Assembly: GCA_038087875.1 (NCBI GenBank)
Contig: CM075993.1
Location: forward strand, 7,194,001 to 7,258,000
Direction: 5' to 3'
Source: Malacoraja senta
Lineage: Eukaryota
Length of the DNA stretch: 64,000 bases
The translations under genes were made by a program, and so were the position numbers. Positions 14,001 through 25,650 of this stretch are shown one piece after another. How positions within the stretch are numbered: the first letter of the stretch is position 1; every line of letters begins with the position of its first letter. A model generated the notes under the pieces. That model did not search any database, was not told the origin of the DNA, and worked only from the letters and a program-made list of their open reading frames with translations.

Positions 14001-14481
14001 TCACTCAACAGCAAGAAATATTGTGCTGTGCGGTTCCACTGTCTTGTGAATGAACCATCGATAACCCCCCCCCCCCTCCCCTCTATTGGTTGAGGTGTTC
14101 CCAATTTTATCAATCACCATCACGTACGATTTTAATTTTCCATAATCCACAATAGTTTCACCGTGCTTATCAATTTCTTTTTTAGCTTGGTTCCTCCAAC
14201 TGAGCTTCAAGGACCCTATTGTAATTTTATGAAATCCCTCTTTCCCACTCGTCCTGTTTACACGTTTTACCACTTTGGAGAGTGGGATTTACAAAATAAA
14301 TTCAGCTGACATGTATAGTGTAGGTTGCAGAGCCCCGAACAACAGCATTTTAGTTTTATTTGTGTTCATTTAGCTTAATATTGGTCAATTCTTTCCTCTC
14401 TAGATCCTAGGTACTCAGTTTTCAAGTGCAAATGTGAACTGGGTTTGTGTTTTTTACTGAACCTTTGTCTGGTTTATGTAT

Positions 14482-15316
14482 CATAGATACATAGATACAT
14501 AGAAAATAGGTGCAGGAGTAGGCCATTCGGCCCTTCGAGCCTGCACCACCATTCAATATGATCATGGCTGATCATCCAACTCAGTATCCCGTACCTGCCT
14601 TCTCTCCATACCCCCTGATCCCTTTAGCCACAAGAGCCACATCTAACTCCCTCTTAAATATAGCCAATGAACTGGCCTCAACTACTCTCTGTGGCAGAGA
14701 GTTCCAGAGATTCACCACTCTCTGTGTGAAAAAGTTTTTCCTCATCTCGGTCTTAAAGGATTTCCCCCTTATCCTTAAGCTGTGACCCCTTGTCCTGGAC
14801 TTCCCCAACATCGGGAACAATCTTCCTGCATCTAGCCTGTCCAACCCCATAAGAATTTTGTACGTTTCTATAAGATCCCCTCTCAATCTCCTAAATTCTA
14901 GCGAGTATAAGCCAAGTCTATCCAGTCTTTCTTCATATGAAAGTCCTGATATCCCAGGAATCAGTCTGGTGAACCTTCTCTGCACTCCCTCTATGGCTAT
15001 AATGTCCTTCCTCAGATTTGAAGACCAAAACTGTATGCAATACTCCAGGTGTGGTCTCACCAAGACCCTGTACAACTGCAGTAGAACCTCCCTGCTCCTA
15101 TACTCAAATCCTCTTGCTATGAAAGCCAACATACCATTCGCTTTCTTCACTGCCTGCTGCACCTGCATGCCTACTTTCAATGACTGGTGTACCATGACAC
15201 CCAGGTCTCGCTGCATCTCCCAATTTCCTAATCGGCCACCATTTAGATAATAGTCTGCCTTCCCGTTTTTGCCACCAAAGTGGATAACCCTCACATTTAT
15301 CCACATTATACTGCAT
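14482..15316 (-). mobile_element. CR1 LINE 3' end, cut by the assembly gap
   Basis: Open RT C-terminus (RDLGVMV...[16 protein letters not shown]...RRLRGDLIETYKI...[14 protein letters not shown]) plus 3' UTR and (TCTATGTA)n tail. Confidence 0.92.
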
Positions 15317-15516
15317 NNNNNNNNNNNNNNNNNNNNNNNNNNNNNNNNNNNNNNNNNNNNNNNNNNNNNNNNNNNNNNNNNNNNNNNNNNNNNNNNNNNN
15401 NNNNNNNNNNNNNNNNNNNNNNNNNNNNNNNNNNNNNNNNNNNNNNNNNNNNNNNNNNNNNNNNNNNNNNNNNNNNNNNNNNNNNNNNNNNNNNNNNNNN
15501 NNNNNNNNNNNNNNNN
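15317..15516. other. Assembly gap (200 N)
   Basis: Run of N. Confidence 1.
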
Positions 15517-15596
15517 CACACACACACACACACACTCACACACACACACACACACACTCACACACACACACACTCACCACCACACACACACACACA

Positions 15597-15639
<43 letters not shown>

Positions 15640-15669
15640 ACACACACACTCACACACACACACACACAC

Positions 15670-15703
<34 letters not shown>

Positions 15704-15826
15704 ACACTCACTCACTCACACACACACACACTCACTCACACACACACACACTCACACACACACACACACACACTCACACACACACACTCACACACACACA
15801 CACTCACACACACACACACACACACA

Positions 15827-15861
<35 letters not shown>

Positions 15862-16162
15862 TCACACTCTCTCTCACACACACACACACTCTCTCACACA
15901 CACACACACTCACACACACACACTCACACTCACACACACTCACAGACTCACACACACACACACTCACACACACACTCACTCACACACACACACACACACA
16001 CACTCACTCACACACACAAACACTCACTCACACACACACACAGTCACACACACACTCACACACACACACTCACACTCACACACACACACACTCACACACA
16101 CACACACACACACAACACACACACACACACACACACTCACTCACACACACACACACACACAC
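15517..16162. repeat. Compound (CA)n/(CT) microsatellite
   Basis: Direct inspection. Confidence 0.98.
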
Positions 16163-18057
16163 GCTCAGACATACCGTCTGAAGAAGGGTCTCGACCCCGA
16201 ACGTCACCCATTCCTTCTCTCCAGAGATGCTGCCTGTCCCGCTGAGTTACTCCATGGTCTATCTTCGGTTTAAACCAGCATCCGCAGTTCTTTCGTACAT
16301 ACATGTGAGTGTGTGTGTGTGTGTGTGTGTAAGTGTGTGTGAGTGTGTGTGAGTGTGAGTGTGTGTGTGTGTATACATTATTTGGTCGAAAATGTGGGTA
16401 GGTTGGCTAGTAAGTTCACAGAAGACACCAACATTGGTGGAGCTGCGGCCAAGGATGGCGGCCATCAATGGATACAGCGGGCTATAGATCAGCTATGGAT
16501 GTGGGTGGAGAAAGCCAGTGTTGAAATGCATCAAGACCCTGTAGGACTGATCACAGATCCAGCTGAAGAAGTGTCATGACCCATTCGCTGCACGGAAGCA
16601 GCCTGACTCACTGAGTTCCTCCAGCACTCTATATTCTGCTCCAGGTTCCAGCATCTGTAGTTATGATTCATGCAGCAGACCCATCGATCCAAATTGGCCC
16701 ACACCGACCAACACGCCCCACCTACCTCCCTGCGTTTGGCTCACTTCCTTCTAAACCTTTCTTATCCATGTACCTGTCCAAATATCTTTTATCTGTCGTG
16801 ACAGTGCCTGCCTCAACTACTCCTCTGGCAACTCGTTCCGGACACCCAGCACCTTCCGTGAAAAAGTTGCCCCTCAGGATCCTATTAAATCCTTCTCCTC
16901 TCACCTTAAACCTATGTCCTCTGGTTCTTGAGTTCCCGACTCTGGGTAAAAAAAAGACTCTGTGCAATTACCCTACCCCCCCCCCCCCCCCCCACCACAC
17001 CCCCCGCGATCTTTAGTCTAGTTTAGTTTATTGCGACTTCCACCAAAAAGACTGGACATGGTTACTGTACACTCACGCCGTCCAGTAAAGTCCAATTAAA
17101 GATATTCAGAGGGTCTCCGGTGAAGTAGATAGTTGCTCAGGACCGCTCTCTAGTTGGTGGTGGATGGTTCAGTTGCCTGATAACAGCTGGGAAGAAACTG
17201 TTCCCTGAATCTGGAGGTGTGTGGTTCCATGGCCATTCAATATAATCACGGCTGATCATCCAGAATCACTACCCCGTTCCTGCTTATCTCCCCATATCCC
17301 TTGATTCCCGGGGAAGCCTTTCAGGACCGAGATGAGAAGGAAAAAAATTCACACAGAGAGTGGTGAATCTGTGGAATTCTCTGCCACAGAGGGTAGTTGA
17401 GGCCAGTTCATTGGCTATATTTAAGAGGGAGTTAGATGTGGCCCTTGTGGCTAAAGGGATCAGGGGGTATGGAGAGAAGGTACTGAGTTGGATGATCAGC
17501 CATGATCATATTGAATGGCGGTGCAGGCTCGAAGGGCCGAATGGCCTACTCCTGCACCTATTTTCTATGTTTCTATGATTCCGTTAGCCCTGAGAGCTAA
17601 ATCCAATTCTCTCTTGAATGCAAGGTAGCACGAAAGTGCTGGAGAAACTCAGCGGGTGCAGCAGCATCTATGGAGCGAAGGAAATAGGAAATAGGAAATA
17701 GGCAACGTTTCGGGCCTATTTCCTTCGCTCCATAGATGCTGCTGCACCCGCTGAGTTTCTCCAGCACTTTTGTCTACCTTCGATTTTCCCAGCATCTGCA
17801 GTTCCTTCTTAAACATCTCGTTTGTGGACAAGGAGGGGACAAGGACCACTTCGCGCTGCCTCTGCCTCTTTGGTTTCTGGTCGAGCTGAACGTCGCTCCT
17901 GTGACACCAAACCCACCCAACTCTCGCTCGTCTTTATAAAGTATCCCCTCCCGGCGATGAGCAGACCGGGCTTCGGTGCGTTAAAGTCATCCGTGCTCTC
18001 AGCACCAACCAAGGGGGTTGGGGTGCAGCTGCACCGCCCACCGTCAGCTGTTGGGGG

Positions 18058-18064
18058 TATAAGA
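18058..18064 (+). promoter_or_regulatory. Candidate TATA box of NMB
   Basis: TATAAGA in CpG-rich unique sequence about 155 nt upstream of the ATG. Confidence 0.4.
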
Positions 18065-18214
18065 GACTCGGAGCTATGGAGCGGCGAGACAGAGCGGTGG
18101 AAGGGCGAGAGTGTTTAAGCGCCCACCCACACACTCTCATACACTCTCATACACTCTCTCACACACACACACATTCGCCCAGAGGAGGGAGTGTGAGCCA
18201 GCGAACCGCTCGCA

Positions 18215-18380
18215 ATGGCACCATGCACCGGCCGCAGGTTGGGACACCTGAGCAGCCTCGTCGCCTACCTGGCTGTTTTCTCCTACCTGTCCGTCGCCGC
18301 CTCGGTCAGCCTGGATCTCACCCAAGCCAACAACGTCTCCAAGATCAAGGTGAACCCGAGGGGGAATCTCTGGGCGACAG
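18215..18380 (+). CDS. NMB: NMB exon 1 coding part
   Basis: gcaATGG Kozak context; MAPCTG...PRGNLWAT(G)|gtgaga. Confidence 0.94.
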
Positions 18381-21300
18381 GTGAGAAATCTGCAGGCGGC
18401 GTGGGCGAGGGGGGGGGGGTGCTAAAGGGTGGCTTTGGATGGGGAGGGAGAGAGGGAGAGGGAGAGGAGAGGGAGAGGGAGAGGGAGAGGGGGAGAGGGA
18501 GAGGGGAGAGAGGAGAGAGGAGAGGGAGAGGGAGGGAGAGAGGGAGAGAGAGAGTGGAGAGAGGGAGAGGGAGAGGGGGAGGGAGAGGGAGAGAGAGGGA
18601 GAGGGAGAGGGAGAGGGAGAGGGAGAGAGGGAGAGAGGGAGGGAGAGGGAGATGAAGAGAGAGAGAGGGAGAGAGGGAGAGAGGGAGGGAGAGGGAGATG
18701 AAGAGAGAGAGAGAGGGAGAGAGAGAGAGAGGGAGGAAGGGAAAGGGAGAGGGAGAGGGTGAGGGAGAGGGGAGAGGGAGAGGGGGAGGGAGAGAGGGAG
18801 AGAGGGAGAGAGGGGGAGAGAGAGAGGGAGGAAGGGAGAGGGAGAGGGAGAGAGAGAGGGAGAGGGAGAGGGAGATGAAGAGAGAGAGAGGGAGAGATAG
18901 GAGAGAGAGAGAGAGGGAGGGAGAGGGAGATGAAGAGAGAGAGAGGGAGAGAGAGAGAGGGAGGAAGGGAAAGGGAGAGGGAGAGGGAGAGGGAGAGGGA
19001 GAGGGAGAGAGGGAGAGAGGGAGAGAGGGGGAGAGAGAGAGGGAGGAAGGGAAAGGGAGAGGGTGAGGGAGGGGGAGAGGGAGAGGAGAGGGAGAGAGGG
19101 AGAGAGGGAGAGAGGGGGAGAGAGAGAGGGAGGAAGGGAGAGGGAGAGGGAGAGAGAGAGGGAGAGGGAGAGGGAGATGAAGAGAGAGAGAGGGAGAGAT
19201 AGAGAGAGAGAGAGAGGGAGGGAGAGGGAGATGAAGAGAGAGAGAGGGAGAGAGAGAGGGAGGGAGAGAGAGAGGTGGAGAGGGAGGAGAGAGGGAGAGA
19301 GGGAGAGAGAGTGGAGAGAGGGAGAGAGGGAGAGGGAGAGGGGGCGAGAAAGAGAGAGGGGGGGAAGAGGAGTGGGAGAGGGAGAGAGAGGGAAGGGGGG
19401 GAGAGAGAGAGGGAGAGAGAGGGGGGAGAGGAGGGGGGGGAGAGGGAGAGGGGGAGAGAGAGAGAGGGAAGGGGGAGGGAGAGAGGGAGAGAGAGAGGGA
19501 GAGATGGAAGGTCGGATGTTGAGTGACCTCTCGCCAGTATCTGGGACAGGGACTCACAGACACACAGTGTGAAGGAAGGAACTGCAGTTGCTGGATTCAT
19601 CCGAAGATAGACACAAAATGCTGGAGTAACTCAGCGGGACAGGCAGCATCTCTGGAGAGATGGAATGGGTGACATTTCTTCAGAATAAGGGTCTCGACCC
19701 GAAACCTCACCCATTCCTTCTCTCCAGAGATGCTGCCTGTCCCGCTGAGTTACTCCAGCATTTTGTGTCTATATTCGGATGAAACCAGCATCTGCAGTTC
19801 CTCCCTTCACTATAACTGGAGACTTGGCAAAACTAAGGGGATTACTGAACCGCGCCTCAGTCGCGGCTCATAATCCTTGGCGCTCCTCAAAAGAGCGCTG
19901 GAGTTGCTGCTTCAGCACCAGAGACCCCGGTTCGATCCCGACTCCGGGTGCTGTCTGAACGGAGTTTGCACGTTCTCCCCCGTGACCTGCGTGGGTTTTC
20001 GCCAAGATCTTCGGTTTCCTCCCACACCCCAAAGACGTGCAGGTTTGTAGGTTAATTGGCTTCGGTAAAATTGTAAATTCTGCCGAGCGTGTGTAGGATA
20101 GTGTTATGCCCCTGTCCCACTGTACGGGGCCATTCAAGAGTTCTCCCGAGTTTTCCCCTTGATTGGAACTCGGAGAATGTCCGTAGCGGGTCCGTAGGAG
20201 TTCGTGGATGTCTCGTAGCGGCTCGTACGAGTAAAAAGTAACATTTTTTTTCATCGCGAGTATTTTTTTTTACTCGTGGACATTTTTCACAGTGTTGAAA
20301 AAACCTCACGAGTTCACCGGATTTCCCGAGTACCTACCGTTGACTTGGAGAGCCGAGGACCTGAATCTCTAAACTAAACTAAACTAGCATACCCTCTTCC
20401 CCTGTCTCTCAGTCTGAAGAAGGGTTTCGTCCCGAAACGTTAAATAAGATCAAATAGAACAAGTTGTCCTACAACTTTACTCAAGTCCCGAAACGTCGCG
20501 TATTCCTTCTCTCCAGAGATGCTGCCTGTCCCGCTGAGTTACTCCAGCACTTTGTGTCTATCTTCGGTATAAACCAGCATCTGTAGTTCCTTCCTACACC
20601 GTGCAAGGATACACAGCCCGCTGGTCTGCCCGGTGACAGTACGATTGTAAATAGACAATAGACAATAGGTGCAGGAGTAGGCCATTCGGCCCTTCGAGCC
20701 AGCACCGCCATTCAATGTGATCATGGCTGATCATCCCCAATCAGTACCCCGTTCCTGCCTTCTCCCCATATCCCCTGACTCCGCTATCTTTAAGAGCCCT
20801 ATCTAGCTCTCTCTTGAAAGCATCCAGAGAACCCGCCTCCACCGCCCTCTGAGGCAGAGAATTCCACAGACTCACCACTCTCTGTGAGAAAAAGTGTTTC
20901 CTCGTCTCTGTTCTAAATGGCTTACTCCTTATTCTTAAACTGTGGCCCCTGGTTCTGGACTCCCCCAACATCGGGAACATGTTTCCTGCCTCTAGTGTGT
21001 CCAAGCCCTTAACAATTTTAACTGTGTTTGTGTGTGTGTGTGTGTGTTTGCTCCTAGGACATTTTATGGGGAAGAAGAGTGTGTTTGATTATCCATATGG
21101 ACATAACGGGACCCCGGCGCGACTGCCCCCAACTCCACCTGAAGACCACAGGGCTCTGGGGACCCCGCTGGGCTGGAGGATGCTGGAGTTAGCCATGGCT
21201 CAGGAGGCAGAGGGGAGGCTAGTGAGGTACGACTCCGGCGCTCAGGTAAGTCAGCCAGTGATTGCTACTCTTTGGACGCGGGTGAGGCGGTCCTGTCGTG

Positions 21301-21870
21301 TGACCTCTCCTGTCATAGACTCATACAGCGTGGAAACCGGCCCTTCGGCCCACCTTGCCCACACCATCCACACTAGTCCCACCAGCGAGTCCAGCAAAGA
21401 TCAAACTATAGCCCGAAGCCCGAAAAATGTGTTCAACCAAACTCTTATAGTGGTTTTTCGCGCTGCTACCTCTCGGCGCCAGAGGCCCGGGTTCGATCCC
21501 CGACCTCGGATGCTGTCTGTGTGGAGTCTACACGTTCTCCCTGAGACCGCGTGGGCTTCCTCCGGGTTCTCCGGTTTCCTCCCACATCCCAAAAGACGTG
21601 CGGGTTTGTAGATTAATTGCTCCTGGTGTGTCGCCAGTGGGTGCGGAAGTGGGATTACATGGGACTAGTGAGAGCGGGTGGTCGAGCACAGGTCGGCGTG
21701 GACTCGGTGGGCCGAAGGGCCTTTTTCCGTGCTGTATCTTTCATCCAATCAAACATATGCAGTTCCAGTGTGGCGCAGGTTTGTTCCAGCGCTTGAGGTG
21801 TAAATGTTATTATGAGAAAGTTAATCTCAAACATTATGCATATCTAATTTCAATGAGCCAAACGTATATG

Positions 21871-21929
<59 letters not shown>

Positions 21930-22495
21930 ATCTATCTATCTATCTATAACTAAAACTGTGATCTTGTTATCTTCCGGTTTGACGGTCATTCTATTTGCGT
22001 AAAAACGGTACCCGATAGCGCCACGATTTTTCGCCAGCTTACTCACCGTTCTCCTTTGCTGCGAGTGCACCAAGTTTCGTTCCGATCGGTTGAATGTCGT
22101 TGGAGGGGGTGAGCTGTATTGTCCAGGATACTCTGCCGCTTGAGGAGCATCCTCTCTGCCAAGACCACCCCCTGTGAATCCAACTTTACTAAATTTTCTT
22201 GATAATAGCGGCATATAAGAAAGAGGCTTTTAGCTAGGCATGTTGGCACGCAGGGAATGTATTGTCCAAGATGCTCCGCAGTTTGAGGAGCAGCTTGATG
22301 GGCCGAATGGCCTAACTCTGCTCTTATGGTCTTCCTGCAGCATTTTGTGTTTTACACCTGTAGTCCACTCCGGCACTGTCTGTACACCCAGAGTCTGTAC
22401 GTGGGTTGTGTCACCTTTAACCCCTGTTTGTTTTCCAGGAAACAGGGTTAATAACAAAGATTATTGAGAGATATGTCAAAAACACGAAGATATGA
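18215..22495 (+). CDS. NMB: Neuromedin B precursor, 136 aa (exons 18215-18380, 21058-21245, 22439-22495)
   Basis: Hydrophobic signal peptide, then ...SKIKVNPR-GNLWATG|HFM-GKK: the NMB decapeptide plus amidation Gly and dibasic site, split by a phase-1 intron. GT-AG introns; 411 nt total, in frame. Confidence 0.95.
18440..19503. repeat. Polypurine (GA/GGGAGA)n tract in NMB intron 1
   Basis: About 1 kb of almost exclusively G/A on the + strand. Confidence 0.97.
19569..19810. repeat. Palindromic dispersed repeat, probably Penelope-derived (representative of more than 12 copies)
   Basis: About 105-bp inverted arms GGAACTGCAG..GCTGG...CTGGAGTAACTCAGCGGG...GGAATGGGTGA around a hammerhead-like spacer. 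Confidence 0.75.
20651..21015 (-). mobile_element. CR1 LINE 3' fragment in NMB intron 1
   Basis: [34 protein letters not shown] plus (CTATTGT)n tail. Confidence 0.85.
21058..21245 (+). CDS. NMB: NMB exon 2
   Basis: ctcctag|GACATTTTATGGGGAAGAAG...GCTCAG|gtaagt; encodes HFMGKKSV... Confidence 0.94.
21871..21943. repeat. (ATCT)n tetranucleotide microsatellite
   Basis: Direct inspection. Confidence 0.95.
22439..22495 (+). CDS. NMB: NMB exon 3 coding part
   Basis: ttttccag|GAAACAGGG...ATATGA; encodes ETGLITKIIERYVKNTKI*; phase 0 fits exon 2; AATAAA lies downstream. Confidence 0.82.
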   Translation, partial: ETGLITKIIERYVKNTKI

Positions 22496-22725
22496 TGATG
22501 TTCAAGCTGAACCTTGGTGAAGATGAGAAATCAACACACTGGGAGGAGGAGCTACAACCACCGAATGTAGCCATTTTATTGTAACAATAGTGCATTCACG
22601 TCACCTACTTTTGTTTCTGTACACTTATCCATAAATTAAAGAGGGAGCAAGGACTATGCTATATTTTTCTGACTTTTTGCATTGTTAAAGCACTTTTAAT
22701 GTAAACCGTCAGGTTATCAGTGGTG

Positions 22726-22731
22726 AATAAA
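22726..22731 (+). terminator. Candidate NMB polyadenylation signal
   Basis: AATAAA about 230 nt after the stop codon in an AT-rich UTR. Confidence 0.6.
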
Positions 22732-24379
22732 GAATATATTGTTTAAGCAACTAGTATTTCCACGTTAATCCCAAGGAGAATGGACTCAGAGACGGGATCG
22801 CAGTCACGGTTTAGATAATGCTCTCCCTTAGTGCAGGTCTTAGGGGAGGGAGGGGGGTGGGGCTCGGGCTCCAGTGGCTCAGTGAGTCTAGCGACCAGGA
22901 TTCGACTTTAGACTTTAGAGATACAGCACGAAAGCTAGCTCGTACACTAGCTCTATCCTACACACACCAGGGACAATTCACCATTTTACCGACGCCAATT
23001 AAAACTACAAACCTGTACGTCTTTGGAGTGTGGGAGGAAACCAGAGAACCCGGAGAGAACCCATGCAGTCACAGTGAGAACGTACAAACCCCGTCCAAGG
23101 TCAGGGATCGGACCGGGTCTCTGGCGCTGTAAGGCAGCAACTCTACCACTGCGCCACCGTGCTGCGATCCTGCCCTTGAGTGCTGTCAGTGTGGAGTTTG
23201 CATGGACGGTGTGGGCTTCCTCCGGGTGCGCCAGTTTCCCTCCAGCAGACAAGTTAATTTGTCTTTAATGGACATCCGATCCGTAGTTTTACTTTAAACC
23301 CATGGTTTGAATCTTCAATTTAATGTCAAACCCTTCACATTGTTCCATATTATTAGTTAAAGACACAGACCAACTGTATGAACATTGAATTCTAAAATCT
23401 CAAGTAATAACCACAACCCCCTCTCTTTCTTCCCTCTCCCCACCCCTGCATGTGCTTTCTCACTATCTCCTACCTCCAACCCCAACCCCTGCTCCTGTCC
23501 CCTCATTTGTAAACTCATCCACAAGTTCTTCCTTTCCCTTTCTCCTCCTCCTCTTTCTCCTCCCTCCTTTCCATTTCACACCTTCTTTACATTATCTGAC
23601 ATCCTTTTGTCTCCCTTTCACCCCTTCCCATTGTCCACCCGTCTGCCAATTAAACCTCCCTCACCTGTATCCACCTATCACTTGCCAGGCTTTGTCCTGC
23701 CCTCATCTCTCTTTTCAGCTTCCTTCCCCCCAGCTAAAATTAGACCCAAAATGTTGTGCCCTGACTCGCTGAGTTCCTCCAGCACTTTGTGTTTTGCTCC
23801 AGATTCCAATAGTAGGAAGGAACTGCAGATGCTGGTTTACACCGAAGATAGACACAAAGTGCTGGAATAACTCATCGGGTCAGGCAGGATCTTGGGAGAA
23901 AAGGAATAGTTGACATTTCGGGCCAGGGGTCTGAAGATGGGTACTGACCCGAAACTTCACCAAGCACCTTTGTGTCCTTTTGTGTAAACCAGCATCTGCC
24001 GTTCCTTGTTTCTACCTCCTGTGGCAGCACATTCCATGTATCCATCACTCCATGTGTGGTAAGGTTGCCCCTCAGCTTCCTATTGAATCTTCCCCACCCC
24101 CTCCCCCCTCACTATAACCCCCTCCCCTCTTGTTCTTGATTCCTACCCTGAGAAAAGGGACGTTAAGATGGAACTGCAGATGCTGGAAAATCGAAGGTAG
24201 ACAAAAATACTGGAGAAACTCAGCGGGTGAGGCAGCATCTATGGAGTGAAGGAATAGGCAACGTTTCTGGTCGAGACCCTTGGGTCGCCTATTTCCTTTA
24301 CTCCATAGATGCTGCCTCACCCGCTGAGTTTCTCCAGCATTTTTGTCTTCCTGAGAAAAGGGACTGTGCATTATGATGC

Positions 24380-24818
24380 TAGAATGGGTCGACTGGGCTT
24401 GTAATACTGGAATTTAGAAGGATGAGAGGGGGTCTTATAGAAACATATACAATTCTTAAGGGATTGGACAGGCTAGATGCAGGAAAAATATTCCCCATGC
24501 TGGAAGGAGTACAGAACCAGGGTCACCGTTTTAGAAAATGGGGTAGGCCATTTCGGACTGAGATGAGGAAAAACGTTTTCATCCAGAGAGTTGTGAATCT
24601 GTGGAATTCCCTGCCACAGAAGGCAGTGGAGGTCAATTCAGTGGATGTTTTCCAAGAGATAGTTAGATTTAGCTCTTAGGGCTAATGGAATCAAGGGATA
24701 TGGGGGAAAAGCAGGAATGGGATACTGAATCTGGATGATCAGCCATGATAATATTGAATGGCGGTGTTGCCTCAAAGGGCTGAATGGCCTACTCCTGCAC
24801 CTATTTTCTATGTTTCTA
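24380..24818 (+). mobile_element. CR1 LINE 3' fragment
   Basis: RGGLIETYTILKGLDRLD...[12 protein letters not shown] plus 3' UTR. Confidence 0.8.
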
Positions 24819-25344
24819 TTCACCTTATCTATTCCCCTCACAAAACAATGTGATGTACTTTGGAAAGACCTGACTCGCGAAAGACAAGCCTTACTATTCG
24901 TGGACTGTCGATGGTACAAAGACTATAATTAACAGACTACAGTTAATTTAAAATATAAACCAGCAGATTACAACATATGATTAACTCTTGGTAGACAGTT
25001 GACATCAATGGTGGTTCCTTCTCTAGTTAGTTGTCAAGAATTACCTGCCGATGCTTGCAACCCAAATTCAATATAAAGTTGTGCTTTACACAAATCAGTG
25101 GATATTTCTGCCTGGGCTGGTCAGTGGGCTGTAGCACTTTTTTCAGAACACATAAATCAATCTTCCTCCAGCACCATTAACGTGCGTGATATTGGAACGA
25201 TGCAATGTAATGCTACAAAATGTCAGGAGACCATAGGAAATAGAGACAAGAGTAAATTCTTTGACACTCCAGGATGTTAAAACCATTTAATAACATAGCC
25301 ACATGACTAGCAGGGAATGGAGGATTTAAGGATCAAATGCAAGC

Positions 25345-25650
25345 AGGGCGGCACAGAAGTGCAGCGGTAGAGTTGCTGCCTCACATCGCCGGAGACCCGG
25401 GTTCGATGCCCGACTGCGGGTGCTGTCTGTACGGAGTTTGTACGTTTGCCCCGTGACCTGCGTGGGTTTTCTCCGGGATCACTGGTTTCCTCCCACGCTC
25501 CACAGACGTGCAGGTTTGTAGTTAATGGGCTTGCTAGAGATGTAAATTGTCCCTTGTGAGTGAGTGTAGGATAGTGTAAGTGTGGGGGAATCGCTGGTTG
25601 GCGTGAACTCAGTGGGCCGTAGGGCCTGTTTCTGTGCTGTATCTGTAAAC
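25345..25650 (+). mobile_element. HE1-like SINE
   Basis: Same tripartite structure. Confidence 0.75.

Noticed and set aside
15269..16273. His/Thr-rich ORFs
   Set aside because: They are (CA)n microsatellite plus the N gap.
18283..19600. Ser/Leu/Pro and Glu/Arg/Gly ORFs of up to 426 aa
   Set aside because: They are translations of the GA polypurine tract in NMB intron 1.
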